A stretch of 64,000 nt of DNA. Source: Spirochaetales bacterium (GTDB lineage Bacteria > Spirochaetota > Spirochaetia > Treponematales > UBA12059). The position numbers and the translations under genes are program-made. The stretch is taken from contig JAFGJV010000039.1 in NCBI GenBank assembly GCA_016928955.1, positions 43,744 to 107,743 of the forward strand, written 5' to 3'. Shown here one piece after another: positions 38,902 through 49,302 of this stretch. Each line of letters starts with the position of its first letter. The first letter of the stretch is position 1. The notes under the pieces are model-generated. The model saw nothing but the letters and a program-made list of their open reading frames with translations. It did no database searches and was not told the DNA's origin.

Positions 38902-40214
38902 TACCCGGCCCCGCGCTCATGGGCGCCGCCCTTCTGTGGGCAGCCCTTGGGCTGTTGGCGTTCCTGTTTCCCTGGGCCGTGCCCTGGTGGGCCGGCTTTG
39001 GCTCCCTGACAGCCCTGGTCGCCCTGGCCGACGCACTGGTCCTCCGTGCCGGCACCGCTCGCATATACGCGACGCGCTCCGTGCCAGAAGCCTTGCCGCT
39101 CGGCGAGCCAGCAAGCGTGGTATTGTCCCTCGGACTGGAAGGCGCGGGCTGGGCTCCCGCACGAGTGGAAGCCTTTGACCTGGTTCCCGTCTGCTTTGAG
39201 TGGACGGGCCTTCCCCTGTCTGTTCCCGGCAGGGCCCTGTCCAGGGACGAGCCCGTCACCCTGTCCTACTCCATACAAACGCTGACCCGCGGGTCATGGA
39301 CCTTCCCTGGCGTGGACCTTCGCTCCCGGACTGTCCTGGGGTTCTGGAAACTGCGGACGCGCCTGCCCCTGGCGTCATCAGGCAGGACCTTCCCCAATTT
39401 CCGCGCCCTGGCCCGCCTGGCGGACGCAGAGCTCCGCGGCGTGACCGACGCGGTGGGCCTCCATTCGCGGCGCAAGCGCGGCCTGGGCACGGAATTCCTG
39501 GATTTGCGCGACTACCGCCCGGGCGACCCCGTGCGCTCGATAGACTGGAAGGCCACGTCACGGCGGCGCAAGCCCATCGTCCGCGAATACCAGGAGGAGC
39601 GCGACCAGGAAATCGTGTTCCTTGTGGACTCAGGCTACCGCTTGCATCGGGCCGACGGGGATATGTTGCTGTTCGACCGCGCCCTGGACGCCCTTCTGTA
39701 CCTGGCGTACGTGGCGGCAAAGCGCGACGACTCCATAGCCGTCATGAGCTTTGGCAACGACGAGCGCTGGCTTCCGCCCAGGCGCGGTCACGGAAGCATG
39801 CCCGCCCTCCTGAACACCATATACGATCTTCAGAGCGGACCGGGGGCGTCATCGCCCGCCGACGCCCTGGAAAAGCTCGTGAGGCGGCTCCGGAAACGCA
39901 GCCTGATCATCCTCCTGTCCAACTTGCAGGAAGAGGACGGCCAGGCCCTCTCCTGGATCTTGCCCACGGTCACCGAACGCCACCTCCTTCTGGTCGTCAA
40001 CATCCGGGAGGAAGAACTGGCCGCGGCATCTTCCAGGAGCGGAGACGCACCGCCCCTGGTTCGCGCGGCAGCCTTCAGCTACAGCCAGCGCCGAAAAGCC
40101 CTGGCCGCTCGCTGGGAACGCCTGGGGATACTGACGCTCGAGACCACGGCATCCAAACTGTCGCCTGACCTGGTGAACAGCTACCTGGATATCAAACGCT
40201 CTGGCCGCTTATAG
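38898..40214 (+). CDS. DUF58 (vWA-like) protein
   Basis: GTEFLDLRDYRPGD, IDWKATSR, VREYQEER. Confidence 0.9.
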   Translation: MIPGPALMGAALLWAALGLLAFLFPWAVPWWAGFGSLTALVALADALVLRAGTARIYATRSVPEALPLGEPASVVLSLGLEGAGWAPARVEAFDLVPVCFEWTGLPLSVPGRALSRDEPVTLSYSIQTLTRGSWTFPGVDLRSRTVLGFWKLRTRLPLASSGRTFPNFRALARLADAELRGVTDAVGLHSRRKRGLGTEFLDLRDYRPGDPVRSIDWKATSRRRKPIVREYQEERDQEIVFLVDSGYRLHRADGDMLLFDRALDALLYLAYVAAKRDDSIAVMSFGNDERWLPPRRGHGSMPALLNTIYDLQSGPGASSPADALEKLVRRLRKRSLIILLSNLQEEDGQALSWILPTVTERHLLLVVNIREEELAAASSRSGDAPPLVRAAAFSYSQRRKALAARWERLGILTLETTASKLSPDLVNSYLDIKRSGRL

Positions 40215-40250
40215 GAGCCTCTAAAAACTGCAGTTTTCAAAGGATCCCTA
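40212..40250. repeat. Short palindromic repeat, type A
   Basis: TAGGAGCCTCTAAAAACTGCAGTTTTCAAAGGATCCCTA; begins with the DUF58 stop codon; shares GGAGCCTCTAAAAACTG with the reverse complement of 11429-11462. Confidence 0.7.
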
Positions 40251-40271
40251 TAGCCGCTTCGGGAGGTTGCC

Positions 40272-41195
40272 ATGCCACACAGCCACTGGGTTCTGTGCCT
40301 GCACGGAGGGGCGGGCGTCATCGGGCGCGACCAGCCGGCCGCGCGCATAGCCGCGTACCGGGAAGGCTTGGCGGCGGCCTTGCGAGCCGGAGCCAACGTG
40401 CTGTCCGCGGGAGGCGCCGCCCTGGACGCGGCCATGGCCGCCGTGCGATCCATGGAGGAGAATCCCCTCTTCAACGCGGGCAAAGGCGCGGTCTTTGACG
40501 CATCCGGAGGCCATGAGCTAGACGCCGCGGTCATGGACGGCTCCACGCTGTCGTGCGGGGCCGTTGCTGGCGTGCGGACCATACGGAGCCCCATTGTCGC
40601 CGCCCGCGCTGTCATGGAGCGCACGCCCCACGTGTTGCTCGCCGGTACCGGCGCCGATGACTGGGCTCGCGACCAGGGACTAGAGACGGTTCCCAACAAC
40701 TGGTTCGACGACGAGTTCCGGCGGGCGCAGTGGCTCAAGGCCAAGGAGGCCGCCCGCGTCCAGCTGGACCACGCCGACGACGGGGCCAAGGGCACGGTCG
40801 GCGCGGTTGCCCTGGATTCATCCGGCGTGCTGGCCGCGGCAACCAGCACGGGCGGCATGACCAACAAGATGAGCGGCCGCGTTGGCGACACACCGCTCAT
40901 AGGCGCTGGCACCTATGCCGACAACCGGACCTGCGCCGTGTCCTGCACCGGCACGGGAGAGCAGTTCATCCGCCACGCGGCGGCGCACGGCGTGCACGCC
41001 CGCATGCTGTGGGGCGGCATGAGCCTGAAGGCGGCCTGTAACGACCTGGTCCACAGGGTCCTCAAACCGGGTGACGGCGGGCTGATAGCCGTGGGACAGG
41101 ACGGCTCCTACGTCATGGAGTACAACTCGCCGGGCATGTTCCGCGGCGCGGCCGATTCACGCGGCGCGTTCATGACAGCCATCTGGGACGACTGA
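40272..41195 (+). CDS. iaaA: Isoaspartyl peptidase / L-asparaginase (Ntn hydrolase)
   Basis: LHGGAG, FNAGKG, GTVGAVA (Thr nucleophile), TSTGG, GRVGD, CTGTGE. Confidence 0.92.
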   Translation: MPHSHWVLCLHGGAGVIGRDQPAARIAAYREGLAAALRAGANVLSAGGAALDAAMAAVRSMEENPLFNAGKGAVFDASGGHELDAAVMDGSTLSCGAVAGVRTIRSPIVAARAVMERTPHVLLAGTGADDWARDQGLETVPNNWFDDEFRRAQWLKAKEAARVQLDHADDGAKGTVGAVALDSSGVLAAATSTGGMTNKMSGRVGDTPLIGAGTYADNRTCAVSCTGTGEQFIRHAAAHGVHARMLWGGMSLKAACNDLVHRVLKPGDGGLIAVGQDGSYVMEYNSPGMFRGAADSRGAFMTAIWDD

Positions 41196-41199
41196 CGGG

Positions 41200-42861
41200 C
41201 TATCGGCCGCCCATGGATTCCGAGTCGGCCCGCACCACCCTGTTCCGGCCCAGGTCCTTGGCCTTGCGCTCGGCTGCGTTAGCGGCGTCCAGAAGATCCT
41301 CAAGGTCGCGCATGTCCGGAATCAGGATCGCCACGCCGACGCTCACGGTGACCGACAATGACGCGCCGTCATGCGACGAGAAAGCCGCCGCTTCCACGGC
41401 CGCTCGCACGCGCTCGGCCGCAGCCGCCGCGTCGTCCATGCCCGCCTCGGGCAGCAGGGCGACGAATTCCTCGCCACCGTAGCGCGCAAAGAAGTCTATG
41501 TCCCGCAACTTGCCGCGGGCCGCTTCGGCCACGCCGGCCAGCACCACGTTTCCCACGGCGTGCCCGAAACGCGCGTTGAAATTCCTGAAATGGTCCACGT
41601 CCAGGAACAGCGCGGCCAGGGGACGGCCCGTGCGCCTGGCCTTGGCGAATTCCCTTGGGCCGAGTTCGAACAAACTGCGGAAATTGTATATGCCCGTCAG
41701 GGCGTCCATGGTGGACAGGCGCTTGACCTCCTCGTACAGCCGGGCGTTTTCCAGGGCCACCGCGGACTGCGCGGCTATGGTTTCCAGCAGCCGGACATGC
41801 CGTTGGACATACGCGTTCGGCCGCCGGCTCTGGGCTGACAGCACGCCTATCACCTTGTCGCGGACAAGAAGTGGCACGCCGATGAAAGATCGCGGCGGCA
41901 CATCGGAGAGGACTATCATCGGATAGTCCGCCATGACCGCCTGGTCTTCCGTGTCCGCTATGAACAGCGACCGTTTGGTCTCGATGATGACCGACGCCAG
42001 GCCGCGGCTTGAGCCCAAGTCAACGCTGTTCACCGGTATCAGCGCGCCTTCGTCAAAGAACACCGGAAATGACATGATCTTGGTCGCATCGTCGTACAGG
42101 GCAAGATAGAAAATGTCTATGTCGATAATCTGCCGACATTGGACAAAGATCGAGTGTATGACTTCATCTGAATTGAGGCCAGCTCCTATGGCCAGCCCTA
42201 TGCGGTTCAGGGCCGCAAGCTCCCCGGAGCGACGCTTCTCCTCCTCAAGGAGTCGCAATTTAGCCACGGCAAAGCTCACATGCCTGGCTCCTCGCTCGCA
42301 GCGGGCGATTTCCACCTGCGAAAACTCATGGGGCGCGTCGAAGCCGATCATGATGGCGCCGAAAACCTGCCCGTCCGATTCCATGGGAAGCCCAATCATC
42401 GACTTGGCCGGAAAGATGGAAGCCACATCCTTGCTCAGATACGAGGAAGCGGCGGTGTCCGGTATCACGATGGTCCTGCCGACTTCCACAAGGGACTGGG
42501 TAAAGGTACGCCGGCCGGCCGGCAGGGTCGTTTTGGGATAACTGTCCTTCAGGGGACCGTACGCTGCCATGGGCTTGGTCAGCCTGCGCTCGCCGTCCCA
42601 GAACGTGATATAGCACCCGTCCGCGCCGATGAGAAGCGCCATGCGGTCCGCCAGGTTTTGGACGAGCGTACCCAGGTCCGGCGCCCGGAGCGCCGTCGCC
42701 GTTATGTCGTTGAGCAGGTCGATAAACCCCGCGTCGTCAGAATCAGCCGGTTCTACTGCCAGGCGGCGCACCCGCTCCTGTCGGGCCCTCCTCATAGACA
42801 GAAGCAGCCAGCAGGCTAGCAAGCCGTTCAACGCCAGGAGGGCCGCCTTGACGATATCCAT
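41200..42861 (-). CDS. GAF-GAF diguanylate cyclase with N-terminal TM
   Basis: Two GAF domains; DALTGIYN, DVDHF, RDID I-site, RYGGEEF. Confidence 0.9.
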   Translation of the reverse strand: MDIVKAALLALNGLLACWLLLSMRRARQERVRRLAVEPADSDDAGFIDLLNDITATALRAPDLGTLVQNLADRMALLIGADGCYITFWDGERRLTKPMAAYGPLKDSYPKTTLPAGRRTFTQSLVEVGRTIVIPDTAASSYLSKDVASIFPAKSMIGLPMESDGQVFGAIMIGFDAPHEFSQVEIARCERGARHVSFAVAKLRLLEEEKRRSGELAALNRIGLAIGAGLNSDEVIHSIFVQCRQIIDIDIFYLALYDDATKIMSFPVFFDEGALIPVNSVDLGSSRGLASVIIETKRSLFIADTEDQAVMADYPMIVLSDVPPRSFIGVPLLVRDKVIGVLSAQSRRPNAYVQRHVRLLETIAAQSAVALENARLYEEVKRLSTMDALTGIYNFRSLFELGPREFAKARRTGRPLAALFLDVDHFRNFNARFGHAVGNVVLAGVAEAARGKLRDIDFFARYGGEEFVALLPEAGMDDAAAAAERVRAAVEAAAFSSHDGASLSVTVSVGVAILIPDMRDLEDLLDAANAAERKAKDLGRNRVVRADSESMGGR

Positions 42862-43112
42862 ATACCCACTGTAGCGCAGTACGCCCGACCGCGCCACGGA
42901 TGGGGGCAAGCATCCCTGCGGCGCATATCTACCCCCTCCCTGGCTGGCGGGACAAGGGGACACAAAGCCCCGCGGACGGCGCTGAGGCTATAAACCGAGC
43001 CCGCTTGCGTTGGTCAAAATGATGCCCGATACTTCCGGTATTGGATGCGGACGGCACGCTGTCGCCGGGAGCCGGTCGCATGACGGGCCCATCACTTCAG
43101 TGTGGAGAGTAT

Positions 43113-43481
43113 ATGAAGCGCTTCACTGTAATCCTAGTTCTGGTATCGCTTGTCCTACTGCCATCATTTGCGGGCGATATAAACCTGGGCGATTTCCCGC
43201 TTGGGAAGTGGCTTGACGCCAACTATGACGCAATATGGGAATTCTCGTCCGGAAATATCCGCATCCTGGCCCTTGATGGAAGCGTCTACTACGATTTTGA
43301 CCAGGCTGGCATCCAGGATTTCACCGTCGGCGCTGGAACCGACGGTCCCTATATCACCTTCTCCTGCGAAGCAAGCGGCAAGACCTACAAGTTGAGCAAA
43401 CCCTTGCTCAAAGGCGAGATGATACTCGAGATATCCCGGCCCGGCCTGCCTCTTTATAAAGTGGAAATGGCCAAGCAGTAG
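43113..43481 (+). CDS. Secreted hypothetical protein
   Basis: GGAG RBS; MKRFTVILVLVSLVLLPSFA signal peptide. Confidence 0.7.
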   Translation: MKRFTVILVLVSLVLLPSFAGDINLGDFPLGKWLDANYDAIWEFSSGNIRILALDGSVYYDFDQAGIQDFTVGAGTDGPYITFSCEASGKTYKLSKPLLKGEMILEISRPGLPLYKVEMAKQ

Positions 43482-43494
43482 CGGAGCATGAAAG

Positions 43495-43530
43495 AAGCGT
43501 TCCGCGTCCGGTTCAAGCCGCGGAACGCTT
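43495..43530. terminator. Hairpin / probable terminator
   Basis: 12-bp stem AAGCGTTCCGCG...CGCGGAACGCTT followed by AT-rich tract. Confidence 0.55.
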
Positions 43531-43646
43531 GAAAAATTTTTCATAACAGAGCCAATTTCAATAATCTGTTACTTTTAACCTTGGCTTTGCGATTGTTCGC
43601 AGTTGTTTTATATTTTGCAGTTGCTGCGCAAATCACGTCTCAATAT

Positions 43647-43686
43647 GAAACTCTTTCAAAACTCGTCCGACTTTTGAAAGAGCCTC
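43647..43686. repeat. Short palindromic repeat, type B
   Basis: GAAACTCTTTCAAAACTCGTCCGACTTTTGAAAGAGCCTC; 11-bp arms CTCTTTCAAAA/TTTTGAAAGAG. Confidence 0.65.
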
Positions 43687-43729
43687 AACGGGAATTACTT
43701 TCGACCAGTCCAAAGTCCACCCAGATATC

Positions 43730-43758
43730 TTGACCAATGCATTGTCTTTCCGGATACT
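43730..43758 (+). promoter_or_regulatory. Putative sigma70 promoter of birA-bioY operon
   Basis: TTGACC-17nt-GATACT. Confidence 0.55.
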
Positions 43759-43759
43759 A

Positions 43760-43790
43760 GGTTAACCTCTCTATTATGCTTAGGTTAACC
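43760..43790. promoter_or_regulatory. BirA operator (bioO-like)
   Basis: GGTTAACCT-13nt-AGGTTAACC, i.e. AACC-N15-GGTT, just downstream of the -10 and upstream of birA-bioY. Confidence 0.8.
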
Positions 43791-43792
43791 AA

Positions 43793-44767
43793 TTGACACC
43801 AGCACATGCCTTCCGGGATTCGGAAGCCGACCGCGCCATCATACAAACCCTCAGAAGATCCGAAGGTCCGGTCAGCGGCCCCGACCTTGCCGACCGTCTT
43901 GGCATCAGCCGGGTGGCATTATGGAAACGCGTCCAATCGCTTGCAGCAAAAGGTTATGGCATCAGTTCAGCTCGTGACGGCTACCGACTCTACAGGGATG
44001 ACGGCCTGTCGCCCGGCGACCTGGACATACCCGGCCTGGTATACATCCATTCGGAACTTGGCTCTACTATGGACGAAGCCAGAACACACGCCCGTGCGGG
44101 CGCGCCCAATGGCTCCGTGGTTCTGGCCATGCGCCAAAATTCGGGGCGGAGCCATTCAGGCGAGCCCTGGCACAGCCCGGATGGCGGTCTGTACCTGACA
44201 GCCATCGTGAGGCCGCGTCTGCCAGCCGGCCACGCCGGCGCAGTTCTGCTGGAAAGCGCCGTGGCCGCCTTGGAGAGCCTGAATGGCCCCCACGCCGAAC
44301 CTGTGTCCTTCCGTTGGCCGAACGCCATCGTCGACAAGCGCACGGGCGCCCAGTTTGGGGGACTGCTCGTGGAAACTGATGGCTCAACAGCCATGCCAGC
44401 CTACTTTTTGGTGGGGCTGGGCGTGCGCGTGGCCGTAACGGGCTCGATCCCGCGCCGGACTGCGCTCGCGTCGCACTTCACACGCGCCCTGGCGCTATGG
44501 GCCGAGCGCCCAACGCTGAAACCCGACCGATGGCATAGCCTGCTGCCCGAGGGCTCGTCGCTTTCCGCGCGCCTGTGGAACGGCGCGGAGCAACGGATAA
44601 CCAAGCCATCGTGGAACGCCCGCGGGGATTTGGTGGACGCGTCCGGCGTGACCATCGGCCACTCGGAATGCGCCACAGTATCAGAGCCAGGCTCGCCGCA
44701 CATCGCGCGCAAAGCCGCGCCCCGTACGTCAGGATCCACCAGGAGCATCTCAGAGGAGACTCGATGA
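43793..44767 (+). CDS. birA: BirA-like regulator: intact wHTH, degenerate biotin-ligase domain
   Basis: SGPDLADRLGISRVALWK...GYRL HTH; ligase-like QNSGRSHSGEPWHSP, RWPNA, QFGGLL; TTG start. Confidence 0.8.
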   Translation: MTPAHAFRDSEADRAIIQTLRRSEGPVSGPDLADRLGISRVALWKRVQSLAAKGYGISSARDGYRLYRDDGLSPGDLDIPGLVYIHSELGSTMDEARTHARAGAPNGSVVLAMRQNSGRSHSGEPWHSPDGGLYLTAIVRPRLPAGHAGAVLLESAVAALESLNGPHAEPVSFRWPNAIVDKRTGAQFGGLLVETDGSTAMPAYFLVGLGVRVAVTGSIPRRTALASHFTRALALWAERPTLKPDRWHSLLPEGSSLSARLWNGAEQRITKPSWNARGDLVDASGVTIGHSECATVSEPGSPHIARKAAPRTSGSTRSISEETR

Positions 44768-45348
44768 ACAGAAGTGTCACATTGTTCACCCTGGCGTGCA
44801 TGTTCGCCGCCCTGATCGCCGCTGGAGCGGTGTTCAGCCTGCCCCTGCCCCCGCCCCTGCCCCCGGTCACCCTGGCCGTGTTTTTCGGCATCCTGGCCGG
44901 GCTCGTCCTGGGTCCGTGGTGGGCAGGCCTGTCCGTCCTGAGCTACCTGCTCTTGGGTTCCTTGGGCTTGCCCGTATTCGCCAACGCGTCAGGTGGCCTC
45001 GGGCATTTCGCGGGCCCAACAGGCGGATTCCTGCTGGGCTACCTGCCCCTGGCCATGGTGGCGGGCTTCCTGGCGGACCGCCGGAAGTGGACGTTTGCCC
45101 GATCCCTGGCCGGCGGCCTTGCCGGCGTGGCGGCCCTCTACCTGGTAGGCCTGCCCTGGTTCCGCGCGGCCATGGACGCGCGCGTGGACGGGCAACTATC
45201 AATATGGAGCGCCCTTGCCATGATGGCCCCGTATCTGGCGGGAGACGCTGTAAAAGCCGTGCTCGCCGCGGCCCTGGTTCGTGCGCTCAAACCCCTGCTG
45301 GCAAACCGGCTTCCGGCGCCAGCTCGGCCAAATCGGCGCCAAGCATGA
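44764..45348 (+). CDS. bioY: Biotin ECF transporter S component
   Basis: PVTL, YLLLGSLGLPVFA, GPTGGFLLG, GDAVK. Confidence 0.93.
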   Translation: MNRSVTLFTLACMFAALIAAGAVFSLPLPPPLPPVTLAVFFGILAGLVLGPWWAGLSVLSYLLLGSLGLPVFANASGGLGHFAGPTGGFLLGYLPLAMVAGFLADRRKWTFARSLAGGLAGVAALYLVGLPWFRAAMDARVDGQLSIWSALAMMAPYLAGDAVKAVLAAALVRALKPLLANRLPAPARPNRRQA

Positions 45349-46100
45349 CGATAGAAATCCGGGAGCTTGAAAAGACATTCCCGGACGGGACCAGAGGCCT
45401 GGACGGCGTTGACCTGGTCCTGGACCGGCCTGGCTTTACCGTCCTGACCGGTCCTAACGGCTCGGGCAAGTCCCTTCTGGCCAGGCACATCCTTGGCCTT
45501 GAGCGTCCGGACCGGGGTACGCTTACCCTGGACGGCCGCCCGGTAGCCAAAATCCTGCCCGAAACCCGCAGGCGCGTGGCCCTGGTATTCCAGGAACCCG
45601 AGCACCAGATACTGGGGCTTACCGTCAGGGAGGATCTGGAATTCGGCCCGCGCTCGGCAGGCGTGCCTAAGAGCATGATGGCGACGCTGGTGGACAAAGC
45701 CCTGGAAGCTGCGGGGCTCCGCGGCCTGGAAGACAGGCTGACGGCGGCCCTGTCCGGCGGCGAAAAACGCCGGCTTGCCCTGGCCTCAGCCCTGACGGCC
45801 AGCCCGGAACTGGTCATTCTGGACGAGCCGTTCAACGACCTGGACTGGCAGGGCGCGTCCGACCTCCTGGCGGCCATACTGGGTCTCGGGCGCTCGGGCG
45901 TGGGCATCCTGGTAGTGACCCACGACCTGGAAAAATGCCTTGCCCACGCGGACCGGTTGGTGGTCATGAACCGCGGGAAGGTCGTGCTGGATGGCCTCCC
46001 GGCGTCGCTGTGGCACAGGCTCCCTGAACACGGCCTCCGCGTTCCGGGAACAGGGCCGCACGCCATCCGCCACATGACCTGGCTCAAGGACAGCGCGTGA
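45345..46100 (+). CDS. ECF transporter ATPase (BioM-like)
   Basis: GPNGSGKS, VFQEPEHQI, LSGGEKRR, LDEP, VTHD. Confidence 0.9.
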   Translation: MTIEIRELEKTFPDGTRGLDGVDLVLDRPGFTVLTGPNGSGKSLLARHILGLERPDRGTLTLDGRPVAKILPETRRRVALVFQEPEHQILGLTVREDLEFGPRSAGVPKSMMATLVDKALEAAGLRGLEDRLTAALSGGEKRRLALASALTASPELVILDEPFNDLDWQGASDLLAAILGLGRSGVGILVVTHDLEKCLAHADRLVVMNRGKVVLDGLPASLWHRLPEHGLRVPGTGPHAIRHMTWLKDSA

Positions 46101-46678
46101 TACGCCTGGCCGTGTACATGGGGCTTCAGGCGACGATATTCGCGCTCGGTGGCTGGGCCCTGGTTTTGCCGGCCGCCCTTACGCTGGCCCTTGGCGCACG
46201 CGAAGGTCTGCGCTGGGCGCGGTGGTTTGGGCGCTCATGGGCCGTCCTGGCGGCGGCCGTTGCCCCCGCCGTTGTTTCGGTACCCATCGGGTCTGGATCG
46301 GCCTTCCTGGAACTGTGGGCGCCCGGCCTTGAGAGAAGCGCTCGTTTTATGCTGGTGCTAACGTCGGCGGCCTGGCTGTCCCACGGCATGAGTCCCCTCG
46401 CCCTCAAGGACGCCCTGACCGCGCTCTTGAAGCCCTTCGGTCGCCCCGGGGTGGCGCTCGCGCGCGCCTTGTCGCTTACCCTGGCATTCCTGCCGTGGAC
46501 CAGGGCCGAGCTCCGGCAGGCGGATGAGGCGGCCAGGCTGCGCGGCTCCGATCCCAAAGCCAGGCCGCTCCGCCACGCGGGCGCGCTCACCGTGCCCGTT
46601 ACGCTCCGCGCCCTGGAAAAAGCCCGTCGTAGCGCGGAAGCCCTTGCCCTCAGAGACGCGTCGCTGTACGGTCCTTGA
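46097..46678 (+). CDS. ECF transporter T component (BioN-like)
   Basis: Hydrophobic; EAARLRG and EALALR coupling motifs; GTGA overlap. Confidence 0.8.
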   Translation: MIRLAVYMGLQATIFALGGWALVLPAALTLALGAREGLRWARWFGRSWAVLAAAVAPAVVSVPIGSGSAFLELWAPGLERSARFMLVLTSAAWLSHGMSPLALKDALTALLKPFGRPGVALARALSLTLAFLPWTRAELRQADEAARLRGSDPKARPLRHAGALTVPVTLRALEKARRSAEALALRDASLYGP

Positions 46679-46720
46679 ACGCCCGCTCCGTTTCCGGCGG
46701 ACGGAAAGCCACGCCGTGCC

Positions 46721-47032
46721 TCACAGCATGCGCGACAGCGTGTCCACAAGCTCGTCGACAATATCGTCTTCCCCGGAACGCACGCGGTCTATCAGGCAGT
46801 GCTTCATGTGGTGCTCCAGGACGACGAGGGCCGCCTTGCCCAGGGCCGAGCGGGCCGCCTCCATCTGCGTGAGCACGTCGTCGCAGTAGGCGTCGTCTTC
46901 TATCATGCGCCGTAGGCCACGCACCTGTCCCTCGATGCGGGCCAGGCGGTTGTCCAGGCTCTTCTTGAGCTCGGCCGAACGTTCGGTACGCCTGCCCACG
47001 CACGAGGGGCAGGTTTTCTGGCTATCTTCCAT
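46721..47032 (-). CDS. csoR: Copper-sensing repressor, CsoR family
   Basis: [20 protein letters not shown] (C-H-C); overlaps the copA end. Confidence 0.9.
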   Translation of the reverse strand: MEDSQKTCPSCVGRRTERSAELKKSLDNRLARIEGQVRGLRRMIEDDAYCDDVLTQMEAARSALGKAALVVLEHHMKHCLIDRVRSGEDDIVDELVDTLSRML

Positions 47033-49301
47033 GTGCTTTCACCTCTGGAGTCCCGCGCGCGCGGAAGCCACGTAAGCGCAGGGCATTGGTCACCACGGAC
47101 ACGCTGGACAGGGACATGGCCGCGGCCGCTATGACGGGATCCAGAAGCGGTCCGCCGAAGGCGAACAAAAGCCCGGCGGCCACGGGTATGCCCAGCACAT
47201 TGTAGCCGAATGCCCAGAAAAGATTCTGCTTGATGACCCGCATGGTGGCCCTGGACAACCCGAGAGACGACACCGCGTCCATGAGATCGCTCCTGGCCAG
47301 CACGATGTCCGCCGTTTCCGCGGCCACGTCCGTGCCCGAGCCTATGGCTATGCCCACGTCCGCGCGGGCAAGGGCCGGGGCATCGTTGATGCCGTCCCCT
47401 ACCATGGCCACAAGGCGCCCTCCGGCCTGTATGCGCGCCACGGCCGCGGCCTTGTCCTCCGGCAGCACCTCGGCCAACACGTGATCCACGCCCACATCCG
47501 CTGCTATGGCCTGGGCCACTGCGGCAGAATCGCCGGTGATCATCCAGGTTTCAAGGCCTTCCGCCCTCAGGGCCCTGACCGCCGCCGCGCTGGTGGCTTT
47601 AACCGTGTCGGCCACGGCCAAAAGGCCTTCCAGCCGCCCCGCGCGCGCCACCAGCATCACGGTCTTGCCGGCCGCCGCCAGCCGTTCGTACTCGGCGTCC
47701 ATGGCGGCCGTGTCGACCCCGCGCTCATCCATGAGCCGCTTGTTGCCAACCAGCACCAGCTCACCGTTGACCGTGGCGCTCACTCCCCTGCCGGTCTCGG
47801 CGTTGAGCCCGCTTGGCTCGTACAGGTCCATGCCGGCGGCCGCCGCGACCACGGCCCTGGCCAGGGGATGCTCGGACCCGCGTTCCACGGACGCCGCCAA
47901 AGCCAGGACACGGCGCCGTTCCAGGTCACCGGCGCTACCGCCCGCGGCCACCACGTCGGTCACAGAGGGGCGGCCTTCCGTTATGGTGCCCGTCTTGTCA
48001 AGAATGATAGCCTGGACGCGGCCAGCCGTCTCCAAGGCCATACCGCTTTTGATGAGTATCCCCAGCTCGGCGCCCTTGCCGGTGCCCACCATGATGGCCA
48101 CCGGAGTGGCAAGACCCAGGGCGCAGGGGCACGCTATGGTCAGCACGGCAATAAACACGCGGAGGGCGAATTCCGGCGTCTGCCCCAGGGCCAGCCACGC
48201 CAACGCCGACAGGATGGCTATCCCGGACACCACAGGCACAAACACGCCTGACACCTTGTCCGCCAGGGCCGCTATGGGCGCCTTGGACCCCTGGGCGTCC
48301 TCCACCAGGCGCACGATGCGGGCCAGCGCGGTATCCGCCCCAACGGCCGTGGCCCTGAGCGTGAACATGCCCTGGCCGTTCACCGTGGCCCCTGACACCT
48401 TGTCGCCGGGAGACTTGTCCACCGGCAGGCTTTCCCCGGTCAGCATGGATTCGTCCACGGTCGTGGCGCCGTCCAGCACCACGCCGTCCACGGGCACCCG
48501 CTGACCGGGCAAGACGCGGATGATGTCGCCAACGCCAACCTCGTCCACGGGCAGCTCCAGGTCGCCGCCTTCCTGGACCACAAGGGCAGTCTTTGGCGCA
48601 AGTCCCATGAGTTTCTTGATGGCTGCGGAAGCCCGGCCCTTGGAACGGGCTTCCAGGCCCTTTCCCAAAAGTATGAGGGCAATGATGACGCTGGCCGTCT
48701 CGAAATACAGGTGGCCGGCCGCACTCGCGTCGCCCAAGGCTATCTGGAACAAGGACAGGACGCTATAGGACACGGCCGCTCCCGTGCCTATGGCAATCAG
48801 GCTGTCCATGTTCGGCGCACGTTTCCACAGGGCGCGGGCACCCACGGCGTAAAAACGCCTTCCCGCCCACAGCGCGGGAAGGGTAAGTACCAGCTGGGCA
48901 AGGCCAAAATTCAAAGGCCGGTGGGACGGGTGCAGGGCCAGGGGCAGGGGCAGGGGCAGGCCAAGCATGTGGCCCATCGATATGTAGAGCAGGGGCAACG
49001 ACGACGCAAGCGCCACCAGGAAGCGCCTCCAGGTTTGGCGGGTTTCCCTCTCCTTGGCGGCCGCGTGTTCGTCCACGCTCGCCGGGGTATCCGCCGCCAA
49101 GGCCTCGTAGCCGGCCCGCCTCACCGCAAGCTTGATTTCCGACAGCCGCGTCATAGACGGATCCCAGCGGACGGAGAGCTTCTCGGCCGCGAAATTCACG
49201 CTTGCCTGGCCGACGCCCGGAACACCCGAAACGGCCCGCTCCACGGCGGCAGCGCAGGAAGCGCAGGTCATGCCGCTGATGGGCACGCTGATCGTCTTCA
49301 T
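47022..49301 (-). CDS. copA: Cu(I)-exporting P1B-type ATPase
   Basis: GMTCASC HMA, TGES, CPC, DKTGT, SEHP, GDGIND, YN, MSLSS. Confidence 0.93.
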   Translation of the reverse strand: MKTISVPISGMTCASCAAAVERAVSGVPGVGQASVNFAAEKLSVRWDPSMTRLSEIKLAVRRAGYEALAADTPASVDEHAAAKERETRQTWRRFLVALASSLPLLYISMGHMLGLPLPLPLALHPSHRPLNFGLAQLVLTLPALWAGRRFYAVGARALWKRAPNMDSLIAIGTGAAVSYSVLSLFQIALGDASAAGHLYFETASVIIALILLGKGLEARSKGRASAAIKKLMGLAPKTALVVQEGGDLELPVDEVGVGDIIRVLPGQRVPVDGVVLDGATTVDESMLTGESLPVDKSPGDKVSGATVNGQGMFTLRATAVGADTALARIVRLVEDAQGSKAPIAALADKVSGVFVPVVSGIAILSALAWLALGQTPEFALRVFIAVLTIACPCALGLATPVAIMVGTGKGAELGILIKSGMALETAGRVQAIILDKTGTITEGRPSVTDVVAAGGSAGDLERRRVLALAASVERGSEHPLARAVVAAAAGMDLYEPSGLNAETGRGVSATVNGELVLVGNKRLMDERGVDTAAMDAEYERLAAAGKTVMLVARAGRLEGLLAVADTVKATSAAAVRALRAEGLETWMITGDSAAVAQAIAADVGVDHVLAEVLPEDKAAAVARIQAGGRLVAMVGDGINDAPALARADVGIAIGSGTDVAAETADIVLARSDLMDAVSSLGLSRATMRVIKQNLFWAFGYNVLGIPVAAGLLFAFGGPLLDPVIAAAAMSLSSVSVVTNALRLRGFRARGTPEVKAHGR

Positions 49302-49302
49302 A

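Noticed and set aside
42900-43010. GGGACACAAAGCC resembling a c-di-GMP-I riboswitch near the diguanylate cyclase
   Set aside because: The upstream GCAAAC/GAAA stem and downstream receptor stem are not recognisable; an Infernal scan with the Rfam c-di-GMP-I model would settle it
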